Source: Stellaceae bacterium
Lineage (GTDB): Bacteria > Pseudomonadota > Alphaproteobacteria > ATCC43930 > CGMCC-115725
Assembly: GCA_035503615.1 (NCBI GenBank)
Contig: DATJTI010000031.1
Span: forward strand, 27,507 to 91,506
Length of the DNA stretch: 64,000 nucleotides
Direction of reading: 5' to 3'
Positions within the stretch are counted from its first letter, which is position 1. Every line of letters begins with the position of its first letter. This document shows, in pieces, positions 31,375 through 42,486 of this stretch. Both the position numbers and the translations under genes were made by a program. Below the pieces are notes generated by a model. That model was given only the letters and a program-made list of their open reading frames with translations, ran no database searches and had not been told where the DNA came from.

Positions 31375-33453
31375 ATGCCAAAGCTGACGATCGATGGTGA
31401 CGAGATCGAAGTGCCGTCCGGCACGACGATCTTGCAGGCTTGCGAACTGGCCGGGATCGAAGTCGCCCATTTCTGCTTTCACGAGCGGCTGGCGATTGCC
31501 GGCAATTGCCGCATGTGCCTGGTTGAAGTCGAAAAATCACCAAAGCCGATCGCGTCATGCGCAATGCCGGTCGGCGATGGCATGGTCGTGCACACCAATT
31601 CGGAAAAGGCGGTCAAGGCGCGCCATGGGGTCATGGAGTTCCTGCTGATCAACCATCCGCTCGATTGTCCGATCTGCGACCAGGGCGGCGAGTGCGATCT
31701 GCAGGATCAGGCGATGGCCTACGGCTTCGATCGCGGAAGATTCGAGGAAAACAAGCGGGCCGTGCGCGACAAGAATTTCGGTCCGCTGGTCGAGACCCAT
31801 ATGACCCGCTGCATCCATTGCACGCGCTGCATCCGCTTTCTGACCGAGATCGCCGGGGTGCAGGAGCTTGGCGCCACCGGACGCGGCGAGGACATGGAGA
31901 TCGGCACCTATATTGAGCGCGCCCTCGGCTCCGAGCTGTCGGCCAACATCATCGATCTGTGCCCGGTCGGCGCCCTGACCTCGAAGCCATACGCGTTCAC
32001 CGCCCGGCCGTGGGAGTTGACCAAGACCGAATCGATCGATGTGCTCGACGCGGTCGGCAGCAACATCCGTATCGATGCGCGCAACGGGCAAGTGCTGCGG
32101 GTGCTGCCGCGGGTCAACGAGGCGGTCAACGAGGAGTGGATCTCGGACAAGACCCGCTATGCGATCGACGGGTTGCGCCGGCGTCGGCTCGATCGCCCCT
32201 ATGCCGGAAGGCGCGGCCAATCATCGAGCGGGCGGGTCGAGACCGAATGGCGCGAAGCGCTGGATCTGGTCGCCGAGCGGTTGAGGACGGTGCCTTGCGA
32301 GCGCATCGCGGCGATCGCCGGCGATCTCGCCGATCTCGAAGCGATGTTCGCCTTGCAACAGCTGCTGCAAGGCCTTGGCGCGGTCAGCCTCGATTGCCGC
32401 CAGGACGGGGCGAAGCTCGACCCGCGCTGCCGCGCCGGTTATCTGTTCAACACGACGATCGCCGGTATCGAACAGGCCGATGCCTGTCTTTTGATCGGCA
32501 CCAACCCGCGCGCTGAAGCCCCGCTCGTCAATGCCCGGCTGCGCAAGCGCCATCTGCGCGGCGGCTTCGCGGTGGCGGCGATCGGTCCGGCGCTCGATCT
32601 GACCTATCCCGCCGAGATACTGGGCGAAGGCGGCGACACGCTCGCCGCGCTCGCGAACGGCCGCCACCCCTGGGCCGAGCAGCTGCGCCAGGCTGAGCAT
32701 CCGATGCTGATATTGGGGCAGGGGGCGCTGGCGCGGCCGGATGGAGCGAGTGTGCTGGGGGTGGCGCGCCGGATCGCCGAGGAGTGCCGGCTGGTGCGCG
32801 ACGGGTGGAACGGGTTCAACGTGCTGCACAGCGCGGCGGCGCGGGTCGGCGGGCTCGATCTCGGCTTTACGCCCGGACCGGGCGGACATGATGTGGCCGG
32901 GATCCTCAAAGGCTGCCGGTCGGGTGCCATCGAACTGCTCTACCTGCTTGGCGCCGACGAGATCGACACCACCGACCTCGGCAATGCCTTTGTTGTCTAT
33001 CAGGGTCATCACGGCGACCGGGGTGCCGCCGGCGCCGATGTGATCCTGCCGGGCGCCGCCTATACCGAGAAGGATGCCACCTGGGTCAACACCGAAGGCC
33101 GGGTGCAAGAGGGCCAGCGCGCCGTCTTCCCGCCCGGCGATGCGCGTGAGGATTGGCGGATCGTGCGCGCATTGTCGGCGGCGGTCGGCCGGCCGCTCGC
33201 TTTCGATACGCTCGACGAGTTGCGCCGGCTGATGCGCGCGGCCCATCCGGCACTGGCAGCGGGCGGTCCGGCGGCCGCGGTGTGGGGCGAGTTCGGCACG
33301 ACTGGTCCGCTCGATCCGGCGCCGTTTACCTATCCGATCACCGACTTCTACCGTACTGACCCGATCAGCCGGGCCAGCCAGACGATGGCCGAGTGCAGCG
33401 AAATCTTTGTCGCGCATCGCCGCGAGCCGGCGCGGACTGGCACCGATGGCTGA
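31375..33453 (+). CDS. nuoG: NADH-quinone oxidoreductase subunit G
   Basis: The N-terminal 2Fe-2S motif is [19 protein letters not shown]. The 4Fe-4S motifs are [18 protein letters not shown] and [11 protein letters not shown] molybdopterin-like domain follows. Confidence 0.95.
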   Translation: MPKLTIDGDEIEVPSGTTILQACELAGIEVAHFCFHERLAIAGNCRMCLVEVEKSPKPIASCAMPVGDGMVVHTNSEKAVKARHGVMEFLLINHPLDCPICDQGGECDLQDQAMAYGFDRGRFEENKRAVRDKNFGPLVETHMTRCIHCTRCIRFLTEIAGVQELGATGRGEDMEIGTYIERALGSELSANIIDLCPVGALTSKPYAFTARPWELTKTESIDVLDAVGSNIRIDARNGQVLRVLPRVNEAVNEEWISDKTRYAIDGLRRRRLDRPYAGRRGQSSSGRVETEWREALDLVAERLRTVPCERIAAIAGDLADLEAMFALQQLLQGLGAVSLDCRQDGAKLDPRCRAGYLFNTTIAGIEQADACLLIGTNPRAEAPLVNARLRKRHLRGGFAVAAIGPALDLTYPAEILGEGGDTLAALANGRHPWAEQLRQAEHPMLILGQGALARPDGASVLGVARRIAEECRLVRDGWNGFNVLHSAAARVGGLDLGFTPGPGGHDVAGILKGCRSGAIELLYLLGADEIDTTDLGNAFVVYQGHHGDRGAAGADVILPGAAYTEKDATWVNTEGRVQEGQRAVFPPGDAREDWRIVRALSAAVGRPLAFDTLDELRRLMRAAHPALAAGGPAAAVWGEFGTTGPLDPAPFTYPITDFYRTDPISRASQTMAECSEIFVAHRREPARTGTDG

Positions 33454-34450
33454 TTTCTGGAGCGGTTACGCCGGGTTCACGCTGATCACGATTGGCGAGG
33501 TGCTGGCGGTGGTGGTGCCGCTTTTGATCGCGGTCGCCTATCTGACCTATGCCGAGCGCAAGGTGCTGGCGTTCTCGCAGCTGCGCAAGGGGCCGAATGT
33601 CGTCGGCCCGTTCGGCCTGCTGCAACCTTTCGCCGACGGCCTCAAATTGTTGATCAAGGAGACGGTGGTCCCGAGCGGCGCCAACCGACTCGTCTTCATC
33701 GTCGCACCGATCGTCACTTTCACGTTGGCGCTCGTCGCCTGGGCGGTGATCCCGTTCAATCCGGGGATGGTGATCGCCAACATCAATGTCGGCATTCTCT
33801 ATCTGTTTGCGATCAGCTCGCTCGGTGTCTACGGCATCATCCTTGCCGGCTGGGCGTCGAATTCGCGCTACGCTTTTCTCGGTGCGCTGCGCTCGGCGGC
33901 ACAGATGGTGTCCTATGAGGTGGCGGTCGGGTTTGTGCTGGTCACCGTGCTGCTATGCGTCGGGTCGCTCAATCTGAGCGATATCGTCTTGGCGCAGCGC
34001 CACCTGTGGTTCTGCGTGCCGCTGCTGCCGATGTTTGTGATCTTCTTCATCTCGGGGCTTGCCGAGACCAACCGGGCTCCGTTCGACCTGGTCGAAGGCG
34101 AGACCGAGCTGGTGGCCGGCTATTTTGTCGAATACTCGGCGATGGCCTTCGCGCTCTTCTATCTCGGCGAATACGCCAACATGATCCTGATGAGTGCCAT
34201 GACCAGCGTGTTGTTTCTCGGCGGCTGGCTGGCCCCGTTCGGGGTGGTTCCGTTCACCTGGGTGCCGGGACCGATCTGGTTTCTGCTCAAGATCGCCTTT
34301 GTGCTGTTCTGTTTTTTGTGGGTGCGGGCCACCTTCCCGCGATTTCGCTATGACCAGCTGATGCGGCTCGGTTGGAAGGTGTTCCTGCCGTTTTCGCTCT
34401 TATGGCTGGTGCTGACCGCGGGCGTGCTGATCGCCGGCGGCTGGCGCTGA
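33446..34450 (+). CDS. nuoH: NADH-quinone oxidoreductase subunit H
   Basis: Polytopic protein with [30 protein letters not shown] and [24 protein letters not shown] 33446 overlaps the end of nuoG. Confidence 0.94.
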   Translation: MADFWSGYAGFTLITIGEVLAVVVPLLIAVAYLTYAERKVLAFSQLRKGPNVVGPFGLLQPFADGLKLLIKETVVPSGANRLVFIVAPIVTFTLALVAWAVIPFNPGMVIANINVGILYLFAISSLGVYGIILAGWASNSRYAFLGALRSAAQMVSYEVAVGFVLVTVLLCVGSLNLSDIVLAQRHLWFCVPLLPMFVIFFISGLAETNRAPFDLVEGETELVAGYFVEYSAMAFALFYLGEYANMILMSAMTSVLFLGGWLAPFGVVPFTWVPGPIWFLLKIAFVLFCFLWVRATFPRFRYDQLMRLGWKVFLPFSLLWLVLTAGVLIAGGWR

Positions 34451-34476
34451 GCCGGCATCGACCGAGGATCAATACG

Positions 34477-34965
34477 ATGGCATTTGGGGCACGCGGCGCG
34501 CGCAGCCTGCTGCTGAGCGAGCTGTTGTCGGGGATGGCGCTGACCCTGCGCTACATGTTCCGGCGCGCGGTCACGGTCAACTACCCCTACGAGAAGGGCC
34601 CGCTCAGCGCCCGCTTTCGCGGCGAGCATGCGCTGCGCCGCTACCCGAATGGCGAAGAGCGCTGCATCGCCTGCAAATTGTGCGAGGCGATCTGTCCGGC
34701 GCTGGCGATCACGATCGAGGCCGAGCCGCGCTCCGATGGCAGCCGGCGCACGACGCGCTACGACATCGACATGACGAAGTGCATCTATTGCGGCTATTGC
34801 CAGGAGGCTTGCCCGGTCGATGCGATCGTCGAGGGGCCGAATTTCGAATTCGCCACCGAGACCCGCGAGGAGCTGTTCTACGACAAGCAGAGATTGCTCG
34901 ATAATGGCGACCGCTGGGAAGCCGAGATCGCGAAGAACCTGGCGATCGATGCACCTTATCGGTGA
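34477..34965 (+). CDS. nuoI: NADH-quinone oxidoreductase subunit I
   Basis: Two 4Fe-4S ferredoxin motifs are present: [12 protein letters not shown] and [15 protein letters not shown] 34477 was chosen within the longer ORF. Confidence 0.94.
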   Translation: MAFGARGARSLLLSELLSGMALTLRYMFRRAVTVNYPYEKGPLSARFRGEHALRRYPNGEERCIACKLCEAICPALAITIEAEPRSDGSRRTTRYDIDMTKCIYCGYCQEACPVDAIVEGPNFEFATETREELFYDKQRLLDNGDRWEAEIAKNLAIDAPYR

Positions 34966-35053
34966 TCATGGTCGAGTGCCGACGCGCTGTTCACACCCGC
35001 TGCCGCCATGCCGGACCGGGTGTCGGGTGCGGTGAGGCGGGTGAGGGGCGGCG

Positions 35054-35668
35054 ATGATCCTCCATACGATCCTGTTCTATGTCTTTGCCGTATCGGCGGT
35101 GGCCGCCGGGGCGATGGTCGTCGCCGCCCGCAATCCGGTCCATTCGGTGCTGTTCCTGATCCTCGCCTTCTTCGATACCGCGGCGCTCTTCGTACTGATC
35201 GGCGCCGAGTTCCTGGCGATGATCCTGGTCATCGTCTATGTCGGCGCGGTGGCCGTCCTGTTCCTGTTTGTCGTGATGATGCTTGACATCGATTTCATGC
35301 AACTGCGCAGCGGCTTTGTGCGCTACCTGCCGATCGGCGCCGCGGTCGGGCTGGTGCTGCTCGCCGAACTCGTCTTCATCATCGTCAGCTGGGCGGTGAT
35401 CCCGGCTGCGACCGGGCCCGCGAACACACCCTCGGGCGGGGTCGCGATCAGCAACACGAGGGCGCTCGGTGACGTGCTCTACACCCGCTACCTGTTCGCC
35501 TTCGAGGCGGCCGGATTGATCCTCCTGGTGGCGATGATCGGGGCGATCGTCTTAACGCTGCGCCACCGCGCCGATGCCCGCCGGCAGTCGATCGCGGCAC
35601 AGCTGGCCCGCACCCGGGCGCAATCGGTCGAGGTGGTCAAGGTGCCGGTCGGCGGAGGTGTCGGATGA
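35054..35668 (+). CDS. nuoJ: NADH-quinone oxidoreductase subunit J
   Basis: 204-aa hydrophobic ORF at the operon position between nuoI and nuoK. The product includes [14 protein letters not shown] and [17 protein letters not shown]. Confidence 0.9.
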   Translation: MILHTILFYVFAVSAVAAGAMVVAARNPVHSVLFLILAFFDTAALFVLIGAEFLAMILVIVYVGAVAVLFLFVVMMLDIDFMQLRSGFVRYLPIGAAVGLVLLAELVFIIVSWAVIPAATGPANTPSGGVAISNTRALGDVLYTRYLFAFEAAGLILLVAMIGAIVLTLRHRADARRQSIAAQLARTRAQSVEVVKVPVGGGVG

Positions 35669-35973
35669 CGATCGGGCTGGCGCAATATCTGACCGTCGCG
35701 GCGATCCTGTTCACGCTCGGGATCTTTGGCATCTTTCTCAATCGCAAGAACGTCATCATCATTCTGATGTCGATCGAACTGATGCTGCTCGCCGTCAACA
35801 TCAATTTCGTGGCTTTCTCGGTGTTTCTGAACGATATCGTCGGTCAGGCCTTTGCCATGTTCATCCTGACCGTTGCCGCCGCCGAAGCGGCGATCGGCCT
35901 CGCCATCCTCGTCGTCTATTTCCGCAATCGCGGCACGATCCGGGTCGAAGACATCAACCTGATGAAAGGGTAG
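35665..35973 (+). CDS. nuoK: NADH-quinone oxidoreductase subunit K
   Basis: 102 aa with 3 TM segments. The product includes [20 protein letters not shown]...[13 protein letters not shown]. The ATG overlaps the nuoJ stop. Confidence 0.93.
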   Translation: MTIGLAQYLTVAAILFTLGIFGIFLNRKNVIIILMSIELMLLAVNINFVAFSVFLNDIVGQAFAMFILTVAAAEAAIGLAILVVYFRNRGTIRVEDINLMKG

Positions 35974-35978
35974 CGGCT

Positions 35979-37916
35979 TTGGCTGTCGCGATCGTCTTTC
36001 TGCCGCTGCTCGCCTCGATCATCGCCGGTTTTTTCGGCCGCCAGATCGGCGACCGCGGCGCGCAGCTCGTCACCTGCGGCGCGCTGCTGCTGGCGGCAGC
36101 GCTGTCGATCCCGCTGTTTCTGCAAATTCTTGCGGCAAGCCACCCGCTGGTAACACCGCTCGCGAGCTGGATCGTATCGGGCGGGGTCGATGTCAGCTGG
36201 GCGATCCGGCTCGACACGTTGAGCGGCGTGATGATCGTCACCGTGACCGTCGTGTCGTCGATGGTCCACGTCTACTCGATCGGCTACATGGCCGAAGATC
36301 CCTCGATCCCGCGCTTCATGTCATATCTGAGCCTGTTCACGTTCTTCATGCTGGCGTTGGTGACCTCGGACAATTTCGTGCAGCTGTTTTTCGGCTGGGA
36401 GGGGGTGGGCCTGATGTCCTACCTGCTGGTCGGTTTCTGGTACGACCGGCCGAGCGCCAATGCCGCCGCGATCAAGGCGTTCGTCGTCAACCGGGTCGGC
36501 GATTTCGGTTTCGCCCTCGGCATTTTCACTGTCTTTGTGATTTTCGGCACGCTCGATTTCGGCACTGTCTTTGCCAAGGTGCCGCATGCCGTCGGCCTGA
36601 GCATGGATTTCCTCGGCTGGCGGGTCGATGCGCTGTCGCTTGCCGGCGTTCTGTTGTTTATCGGCGCGATGGGCAAGTCGGCGCAGATCCCGCTGCACAC
36701 CTGGCTGCCCGATGCGATGGAGGGCCCGACACCGGTCTCGGCGCTGATCCATGCCGCGACGATGGTGACTGCCGGCGTGTTCATGGTGGCACGCCTGTCG
36801 CCGCTCTTCGAATATACGCCGACCGCGATCGGCGTCGTCGGCGTGATCGGTGCCACCACCTGCTTTTTCGCCGCCACCATCGGCATGGCGCAGAACGACA
36901 TCAAAAAGGTCGTCGCCTATTCGACCTGCAGCCAGCTCGGCTACATGTTTATCGCCGCCGGGGTTTCGGCCTACGCCGCCGGCATCTTTCACCTCTTTAC
37001 CCACGCCTTCTTCAAGGGCCTCCTATTCTTGTGCTGTGGTGCGGTGATCCATGCGATGGGCGGCGAACAGGATATGCGCCGCATGGGTGGGCTGTGGCGC
37101 AAGACCCCGGTCACCTATGTGACGATGTGGGTCGGCGCCTTATCGTTGAGCGCCATCGGCATCTGGGGTGTCGGCTTTTCCGGCTATTTCTCGAAGGATT
37201 CGATCCTCGACGCGGCCTGGGCCTCGGGCAGCGCGGTCGGCCGCTATGGGTGGGTTCTCGGGACTTTGACGGCGTTCATGACCGCTTTTTACATTTCCCG
37301 CGTGATGTTCATGACGTTTCATGGCGAATCGCGCGCCGACGAGGAGACCTTGCATCACGCGCACGAAGCGCCGTGGGTCATGCTCGTGCCGCTGATCGTG
37401 CTGGCGATTGGTGCCGCCTGTTTTGGCGGGCTCGGCTACAGCTATTTTGTCGGCGCTCAGCATGTGAGCTTTTGGAAGGACTCGATTTTTGTGCTGCCGC
37501 AGCTGAATTCGCTCGCGGCCGCCGAGAGCGTGCCGATTGCGGTTCGCTACCTGCCGCTGGTCATGGCGCTCGCCGGGATCGGTGTCGCCTATGTCTTCTA
37601 CATCGTCGCACCGCGGCTGCCGGTGCGACTGGCTGCGCAATTCCGGCTGATCTATCTGTTCGTGCTCAATAAATGGTATTTCGACGAACTCTATGATTGG
37701 GTGTTCGTGCGCGCCGCCTTTATGCTCGGCGATGGGCTGTGGAAATCGGGCGACGGCACCATCATCGACGGGCTCGGCCCCGACGGCGTGTCGGCGCTGA
37801 CCCGCGATCTGGCGCGGCAGGCGAGCCGGCTGCAAAGCGGCTATCTCTATCACTACGCCTTTGTCATGCTGATCGGGCTCGCGGGGTTTGTGACCTGGTA
37901 TCTGCTGCGGCATTGA
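35979..37916 (+). CDS. nuoL: NADH-quinone oxidoreductase subunit L
   Basis: Antiporter-like subunit with WEGVGLMSYLLVGFWY and HAATMVTAGVFMVARL. The ORF-track start at 35574 lies inside nuoJ/K. TTG 35979 is the first plausible start after the nuoK stop and gives AVAIVFLPLLASIIAGFFG. The start is uncertain. Confidence 0.9.
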   Translation: MAVAIVFLPLLASIIAGFFGRQIGDRGAQLVTCGALLLAAALSIPLFLQILAASHPLVTPLASWIVSGGVDVSWAIRLDTLSGVMIVTVTVVSSMVHVYSIGYMAEDPSIPRFMSYLSLFTFFMLALVTSDNFVQLFFGWEGVGLMSYLLVGFWYDRPSANAAAIKAFVVNRVGDFGFALGIFTVFVIFGTLDFGTVFAKVPHAVGLSMDFLGWRVDALSLAGVLLFIGAMGKSAQIPLHTWLPDAMEGPTPVSALIHAATMVTAGVFMVARLSPLFEYTPTAIGVVGVIGATTCFFAATIGMAQNDIKKVVAYSTCSQLGYMFIAAGVSAYAAGIFHLFTHAFFKGLLFLCCGAVIHAMGGEQDMRRMGGLWRKTPVTYVTMWVGALSLSAIGIWGVGFSGYFSKDSILDAAWASGSAVGRYGWVLGTLTAFMTAFYISRVMFMTFHGESRADEETLHHAHEAPWVMLVPLIVLAIGAACFGGLGYSYFVGAQHVSFWKDSIFVLPQLNSLAAAESVPIAVRYLPLVMALAGIGVAYVFYIVAPRLPVRLAAQFRLIYLFVLNKWYFDELYDWVFVRAAFMLGDGLWKSGDGTIIDGLGPDGVSALTRDLARQASRLQSGYLYHYAFVMLIGLAGFVTWYLLRH

Positions 37917-37932
37917 GCGAGGACGTTGATCC

Positions 37933-39459
37933 GTGAGCCACTGGCCGATCCTTTCGCTCGTCACCTTTCTGCCGCTGGTTGGCGCCGCCTTCATCCTGAT
38001 GGTGCGGGGCGAGCCGGAAGCGGTGGCGCGCAATGCCCGCTGGATCGCGCTTTGGACCTCGCTCGTCGTCTTCGCCCTCTCGGTGGTGCTGTGGATCGAG
38101 TTCGACCCGGGCAGTGCGCAGTTCCAGTTTGTCGAGCGCGCCAATTGGGTCACCCTCGGCGGCTTCACGATCAGCTATCATATGGGGATCGACGGGGTCT
38201 CACTGTTCTTCATCCTGCTCTCCACCCTCCTGACCCTGATCTCGATCGTCTCGGCGTGGCGGATCATCCAGTTCCAGGTCAAGGAATTCATGATCGCGTT
38301 TCTCGTCCTGGAAACGTTCATGGTCGGAATTTTTTGTGCCCTTGATTTTATTCTGTTTTATGTTTTCTTTGAGGGGGTGCTGGTGCCGATGTTTTTAATC
38401 ATCGGTATCTGGGGAGGTGAAAACCGGATCTATTCGGCCTTCAAGTTCTTTCTGTACACGCTGCTCGGCTCGGTGTTGATGCTGCTCGCGATCCTCGCGA
38501 TCTATTTCAAGACCGGAACCACTGATATCGAATACGCGCTGAACCATGCCAGCCTGTTTTCCTTTGGTTTGCAGAAATGGCTGTGGCTCGCGTTTTTCGC
38601 CTCCTTTGCGATCAAGGTGCCGATGTGGCCGGTGCATACCTGGCTCCCCGACGCGCATGTCGAAGCCCCGACCGCGGGCTCGGTCATTCTCGCCGGCATC
38701 CTCTTAAAGCTGGGCGGCTACGGCTTTGTCCGTTTTTCGCTGCCGATGTTCCCGCTGGCGACGCATTATTTCACACCGCTGATCTTTACCTTGAGCGCGA
38801 TCGCGGTGATCTATACCTCGCTGGTGGCGCTCGCGCAGACCGACATGAAGAAGCTCGTCGCCTATTCCTCGATCGCCCATATGGGCTTTGTGACGATGGG
38901 CATCTTCGCGCTGACCAGCGAGGCGGTGCAGGGTGCCGTGATCCAGATGCTGAGCCACGGGCTCGTCTCCGCCGCGCTGTTCCTGTGCGTCGGCGTCCTC
39001 TATGACCGGCTGCACACGCATGAGATCGCCCGGTTCGGCGGCCTCGTCCACCGCATGCCGGTCTACGCCTTTGTGATGATGGCGTTCACGCTCGCTGCGG
39101 TCGGCCTGCCCGGTACCAGCGGTTTTGTCGGCGAATTTCTGATTCTGCTCGGCACGTTCCGGGTCAGCACGACCGAATGCACGCTGGCGGCGACAGCATT
39201 GTTCCTCAGCGTTTCCTATATGCTGTATCTCTACCGCCGCGTCATCTTCAGTACGCTGACCCGCGCCGATTTGCGCGGCATCCTCGATCTCAGCCCGCGC
39301 GAGGTGGCGATCTTCGTGCCGTTGCTATTGCTGGTGCTGTGGATGGGGATCTATCCGAATTCGTTCCTGCGGCCGATCCGGGCCTCGGTCGATCACATCA
39401 TCGCACAGGCGAACGCCGCCACCGACGCCGCCGGTCTGCGTCGTGCGAGCCTACCCTAG
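37933..39459 (+). CDS. nuoM: NADH-quinone oxidoreductase subunit M
   Basis: GTG start. The product includes [15 protein letters not shown]..., [36 protein letters not shown]. Confidence 0.94.
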   Translation: MSHWPILSLVTFLPLVGAAFILMVRGEPEAVARNARWIALWTSLVVFALSVVLWIEFDPGSAQFQFVERANWVTLGGFTISYHMGIDGVSLFFILLSTLLTLISIVSAWRIIQFQVKEFMIAFLVLETFMVGIFCALDFILFYVFFEGVLVPMFLIIGIWGGENRIYSAFKFFLYTLLGSVLMLLAILAIYFKTGTTDIEYALNHASLFSFGLQKWLWLAFFASFAIKVPMWPVHTWLPDAHVEAPTAGSVILAGILLKLGGYGFVRFSLPMFPLATHYFTPLIFTLSAIAVIYTSLVALAQTDMKKLVAYSSIAHMGFVTMGIFALTSEAVQGAVIQMLSHGLVSAALFLCVGVLYDRLHTHEIARFGGLVHRMPVYAFVMMAFTLAAVGLPGTSGFVGEFLILLGTFRVSTTECTLAATALFLSVSYMLYLYRRVIFSTLTRADLRGILDLSPREVAIFVPLLLLVLWMGIYPNSFLRPIRASVDHIIAQANAATDAAGLRRASLP

Positions 39460-39467
39460 GCGCCGCC

Positions 39468-40922
39468 ATGCCGTATCTGACCCCTCCCGACCTGTCGGCC
39501 GCCTTGCCCGAGATCCTGCTCGCGGGCGCGGCGATGGCGCTGTTGATCTTCGGCGCCTTGCGTGGCGAGCGCGCGACCCGCTCGGTCTCATGGCTCGCCG
39601 TGCTCTCGCTGATTATCGTGCTCGCGGTGGTTTTGCTGCGCGGCGGCGAGCGCCGGCTCGGCTTTTACGGGATGATCGTCAGCGACGCCTTTGCGGTGTT
39701 TGTCGACACGCTGGTGCTGGTCGGGTCGGGCGTCACGATCCTGATGGCGATGAGCTATAACGAGGAGCAGAGGATCGCCCGTTTCGAATTTCCGGTGCTG
39801 CTGCTGCTGGCAACGACCGGAATGATGGTGATGATCTCGGCGAACGACCTGATCGCCCTTTATGTCGGCCTCGAATTGCAGAATCTGGCACTTTATGTCG
39901 TCGCCAGCTTCGATCGCGATTCAGCACGGTCGAGCGAGGCCGGGCTCAAATATTTCGTGCTCGGCGGACTGTCCTCGGGGATGCTGCTTTACGGCCTATC
40001 GCTGATTTATGGCTTTGCCGGCACCACCGCCTTCGCCGACCTGGCTCGGCTGCTGGCGGCCAATGGTGCGGCGATCTCGCCCGGCTTGATCATCGGCCTC
40101 GTCTTTGTCGTCGCCGGTCTCGCCTTCAAGATCTCGGCGGTGCCGTTCCACATGTGGACCCCCGATGTCTATGAGGGCGCACCGACCCCGGTCAGCATGT
40201 TTTTCGCGATCGCGCCAAAGATGGCGGCGCTGGCGCTGTTCATCCGCGTCATGATCGCACCGTTTGGCCCGCTGGTCGGCGATTGGCGACAGGTCGTCGT
40301 GTTTCTGTCGATCGCCTCGATGATCCTCGGCTCGGTGGCCGCGATCGCCCAGCCCAACATCAAGCGGCTGATGGCCTATAGCTCGATCGGCCATGTCGGC
40401 TATCTGCTGATCGGTGTCGCCGCCGGCACCGCCGAGGGCATCCGCGGCACCCTTGTCTATCTCGCGATCTATCTGTTTATGAATGTCGGCGCCTGGGGGG
40501 TTATTTTGTGCATGCGCCGGGAGGGGCGGATGCTCGAACAGATCGCCGATCTCGCCGGCCTGTCGCGGACCCGGCCGGCTTTGGCGCTGGCGCTCGGCAT
40601 CTTCCTGTTCGCGCTGGCCGGGATCCCGCCGACCGCCGGGTTCTTCGCCAAGCTTTACATCTTCTTCGCCGCGATCGATGCCAATTTGACCGGCCTTGCG
40701 GTGATCGGCGTCGTCACCAGTGTGGTCGGAGCCTTCTATTATCTGCGCGTCGTCAAGGTCATGTATTTTGACGAGCCGGCCGGGGCGCTCGATGTGCCGA
40801 TCGCCGCCGAACTCAAGGGGATCCTATTCGTCACTGCGGTCGTCACACTGTTCTTTTTCCTGCTGCCCGGCCCCGTCATCGGCGGCGCCGCCGCGGCGGC
40901 GTCTTCGCTGTTCGCCAGATGA
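39468..40922 (+). CDS. nuoN: NADH-quinone oxidoreductase subunit N
   Basis: ATG 39468 gives [18 protein letters not shown]. The product includes [21 protein letters not shown]. It is the last nuo gene. Confidence 0.93.
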   Translation: MPYLTPPDLSAALPEILLAGAAMALLIFGALRGERATRSVSWLAVLSLIIVLAVVLLRGGERRLGFYGMIVSDAFAVFVDTLVLVGSGVTILMAMSYNEEQRIARFEFPVLLLLATTGMMVMISANDLIALYVGLELQNLALYVVASFDRDSARSSEAGLKYFVLGGLSSGMLLYGLSLIYGFAGTTAFADLARLLAANGAAISPGLIIGLVFVVAGLAFKISAVPFHMWTPDVYEGAPTPVSMFFAIAPKMAALALFIRVMIAPFGPLVGDWRQVVVFLSIASMILGSVAAIAQPNIKRLMAYSSIGHVGYLLIGVAAGTAEGIRGTLVYLAIYLFMNVGAWGVILCMRREGRMLEQIADLAGLSRTRPALALALGIFLFALAGIPPTAGFFAKLYIFFAAIDANLTGLAVIGVVTSVVGAFYYLRVVKVMYFDEPAGALDVPIAAELKGILFVTAVVTLFFFLLPGPVIGGAAAAASSLFAR

Positions 40923-41704
40923 ACCCGGCATCACGACTGCCTGCCTGTTGCCGGCTCGTCTCTTACGACACGATCGGCAGCACCAGCGACGAGGCAAAGC
41001 GGCTGGCGCGGGCCGGTGCGCCGGCCTGGACGGTCGTGTGGGCGCGCGAACAGACCGCCGGGCGGGGCCGCCGCGGTCGCCCTTGGGTCTCGCCGCGCGG
41101 CAACCTCTACGTTTCGTTGGTGCTGCGGCCGGCCTGTCCGCCCGATCATGCCGCCCGGCTCGGCTTTGCCGCGGCGCTGGCGGTCGGCGATGCGCTGGCC
41201 GATCTCGTGCCGGGTCTGACCGGACTTTCCTGCAAATGGCCAAACGACGTCTTGCTGGACGGCGGCAAGGTCGCCGGGCTCCTGCTCGAATCCGAAGTCG
41301 GCCAGGCCGCTGAAACGGCCGCTGAACCGGGGAATGCCGAAAACTTCGCCTTTCTGGTCGTTGGCATCGGCATCAACCTTGCCGCGGCACCGGCCGGGAC
41401 CGAGTTTCCGGCGACGAGCCTCGCCGCTGCGAGGCATGCTCCGCCCGAGCCGGCGGTGATGCTCGAATCCCTGCTGCGCAATTTTGTGATTTGGGAGCAG
41501 CGCTGGCGGGAGGAGGGTTTCGCGCCGATCCGCGCGGCCTGGCTCGAACGCGCCGCCGGCCGCGGTGAAGCGATCCGGGTTCGGCTCGAACATGCTACGC
41601 TGCATGGTACCTTTGCCGATCTCGACGAAGGCGGGTCGCTGGTGCTGCGGGCCGTGGACGGGCTGCGGCGGATTGCCGCCGGCGACGTGTTCCCGGCAGG
41701 CTGA
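40919..41704 (+). CDS. birA: Biotin--[acetyl-CoA-carboxylase] ligase (no HTH domain)
   Basis: The motif [19 protein letters not shown] is present in a 261-aa product. The ATG overlaps the nuoN stop. Confidence 0.88.
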   Translation: MNPASRLPACCRLVSYDTIGSTSDEAKRLARAGAPAWTVVWAREQTAGRGRRGRPWVSPRGNLYVSLVLRPACPPDHAARLGFAAALAVGDALADLVPGLTGLSCKWPNDVLLDGGKVAGLLLESEVGQAAETAAEPGNAENFAFLVVGIGINLAAAPAGTEFPATSLAAARHAPPEPAVMLESLLRNFVIWEQRWREEGFAPIRAAWLERAAGRGEAIRVRLEHATLHGTFADLDEGGSLVLRAVDGLRRIAAGDVFPAG

Positions 41705-41712
41705 CGGTAGCG

Positions 41713-42486
41713 ATGCTGCTCGCGGTCAACGCCAACAACACCAACACGGTCTTCGCCGTGTGGGACGGGGCGCGCTCGGCCGGTGCCTGGCGCGCCGCGA
41801 CCGATGTGCGCCGCACCGCCGATGAATATGTCGTGTGGCTCGATCATCTGCTCGGGCTGCGCAGCCTGTCGCGGCGCGATCTCGATGGCGCTGTCATCGC
41901 CAGCGTCGTGCCCGAGGCGAATTTCAACCTGCGCCGTCTCTGTCGCGAATATCTCGGCAACGAACCGCTCGTCATCGGTGAGCCGAACGTGGCGATCGGC
42001 ACGAGGGCGCTCGTCGATCGGCCGGAGGAGGTCGGCGCCGATCGTCTGGTCAACACGGTGGCCGCGCACGACCGCTACAAGGGGCCGCTGATCGTCGTCG
42101 ATTTCGGCACCGCGACCACATTCGACCTGGTCGACGCGCAGGGCGACTACCGCGGCGGGGTGATCGCACCCGGCATCAACCTGTCGCTGCAGGCGCTGGC
42201 GATGGCCGCCGCGAAGCTGCCGAGCGTGCCGATCGCGCGCACCGAGAAGGTGATCGGCACCAGCACGGTCGGGTGCATGCAATCGGGCATCTTCTGGGGC
42301 TATGTCGGTCTGATCGAAGGTCTCGTCGCCCGGATCAAGCGTGAATATGGCGCGCCGATGCGTGTCATATCCACCGGCGGCCTCGCCCCGCTGTTCGATG
42401 GCGCCACCGCTGCGATCGAGCGAACCGACCCCGATCTGACGCTATGGGGGTTGCGGCTCATATACCATCTCAACAGCAGGCGATGA
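41713..42486 (+). CDS. coaX: Type III pantothenate kinase
   Basis: The product includes MLLAVNANNTNTVFAVW, IVVDFGTATTFD and GGL near the C-terminus. It sits in the conserved birA-coaX arrangement. Confidence 0.9.
   Translation: MLLAVNANNTNTVFAVWDGARSAGAWRAATDVRRTADEYVVWLDHLLGLRSLSRRDLDGAVIASVVPEANFNLRRLCREYLGNEPLVIGEPNVAIGTRALVDRPEEVGADRLVNTVAAHDRYKGPLIVVDFGTATTFDLVDAQGDYRGGVIAPGINLSLQALAMAAAKLPSVPIARTEKVIGTSTVGCMQSGIFWGYVGLIEGLVARIKREYGAPMRVISTGGLAPLFDGATAAIERTDPDLTLWGLRLIYHLNSRR

Noticed and set aside
30221-31387. ORFs crossing the nuoF-nuoG spacer (388 aa on plus, 110 and 76 aa on minus). These include peptides such as VDGRDKPGQDE.
   Set aside because: They are out of frame with nuoF, lack an RBS, and their conserved-looking peptides derive from a palindromic repeat read in several frames. 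The region was treated as a non-coding repeat element.
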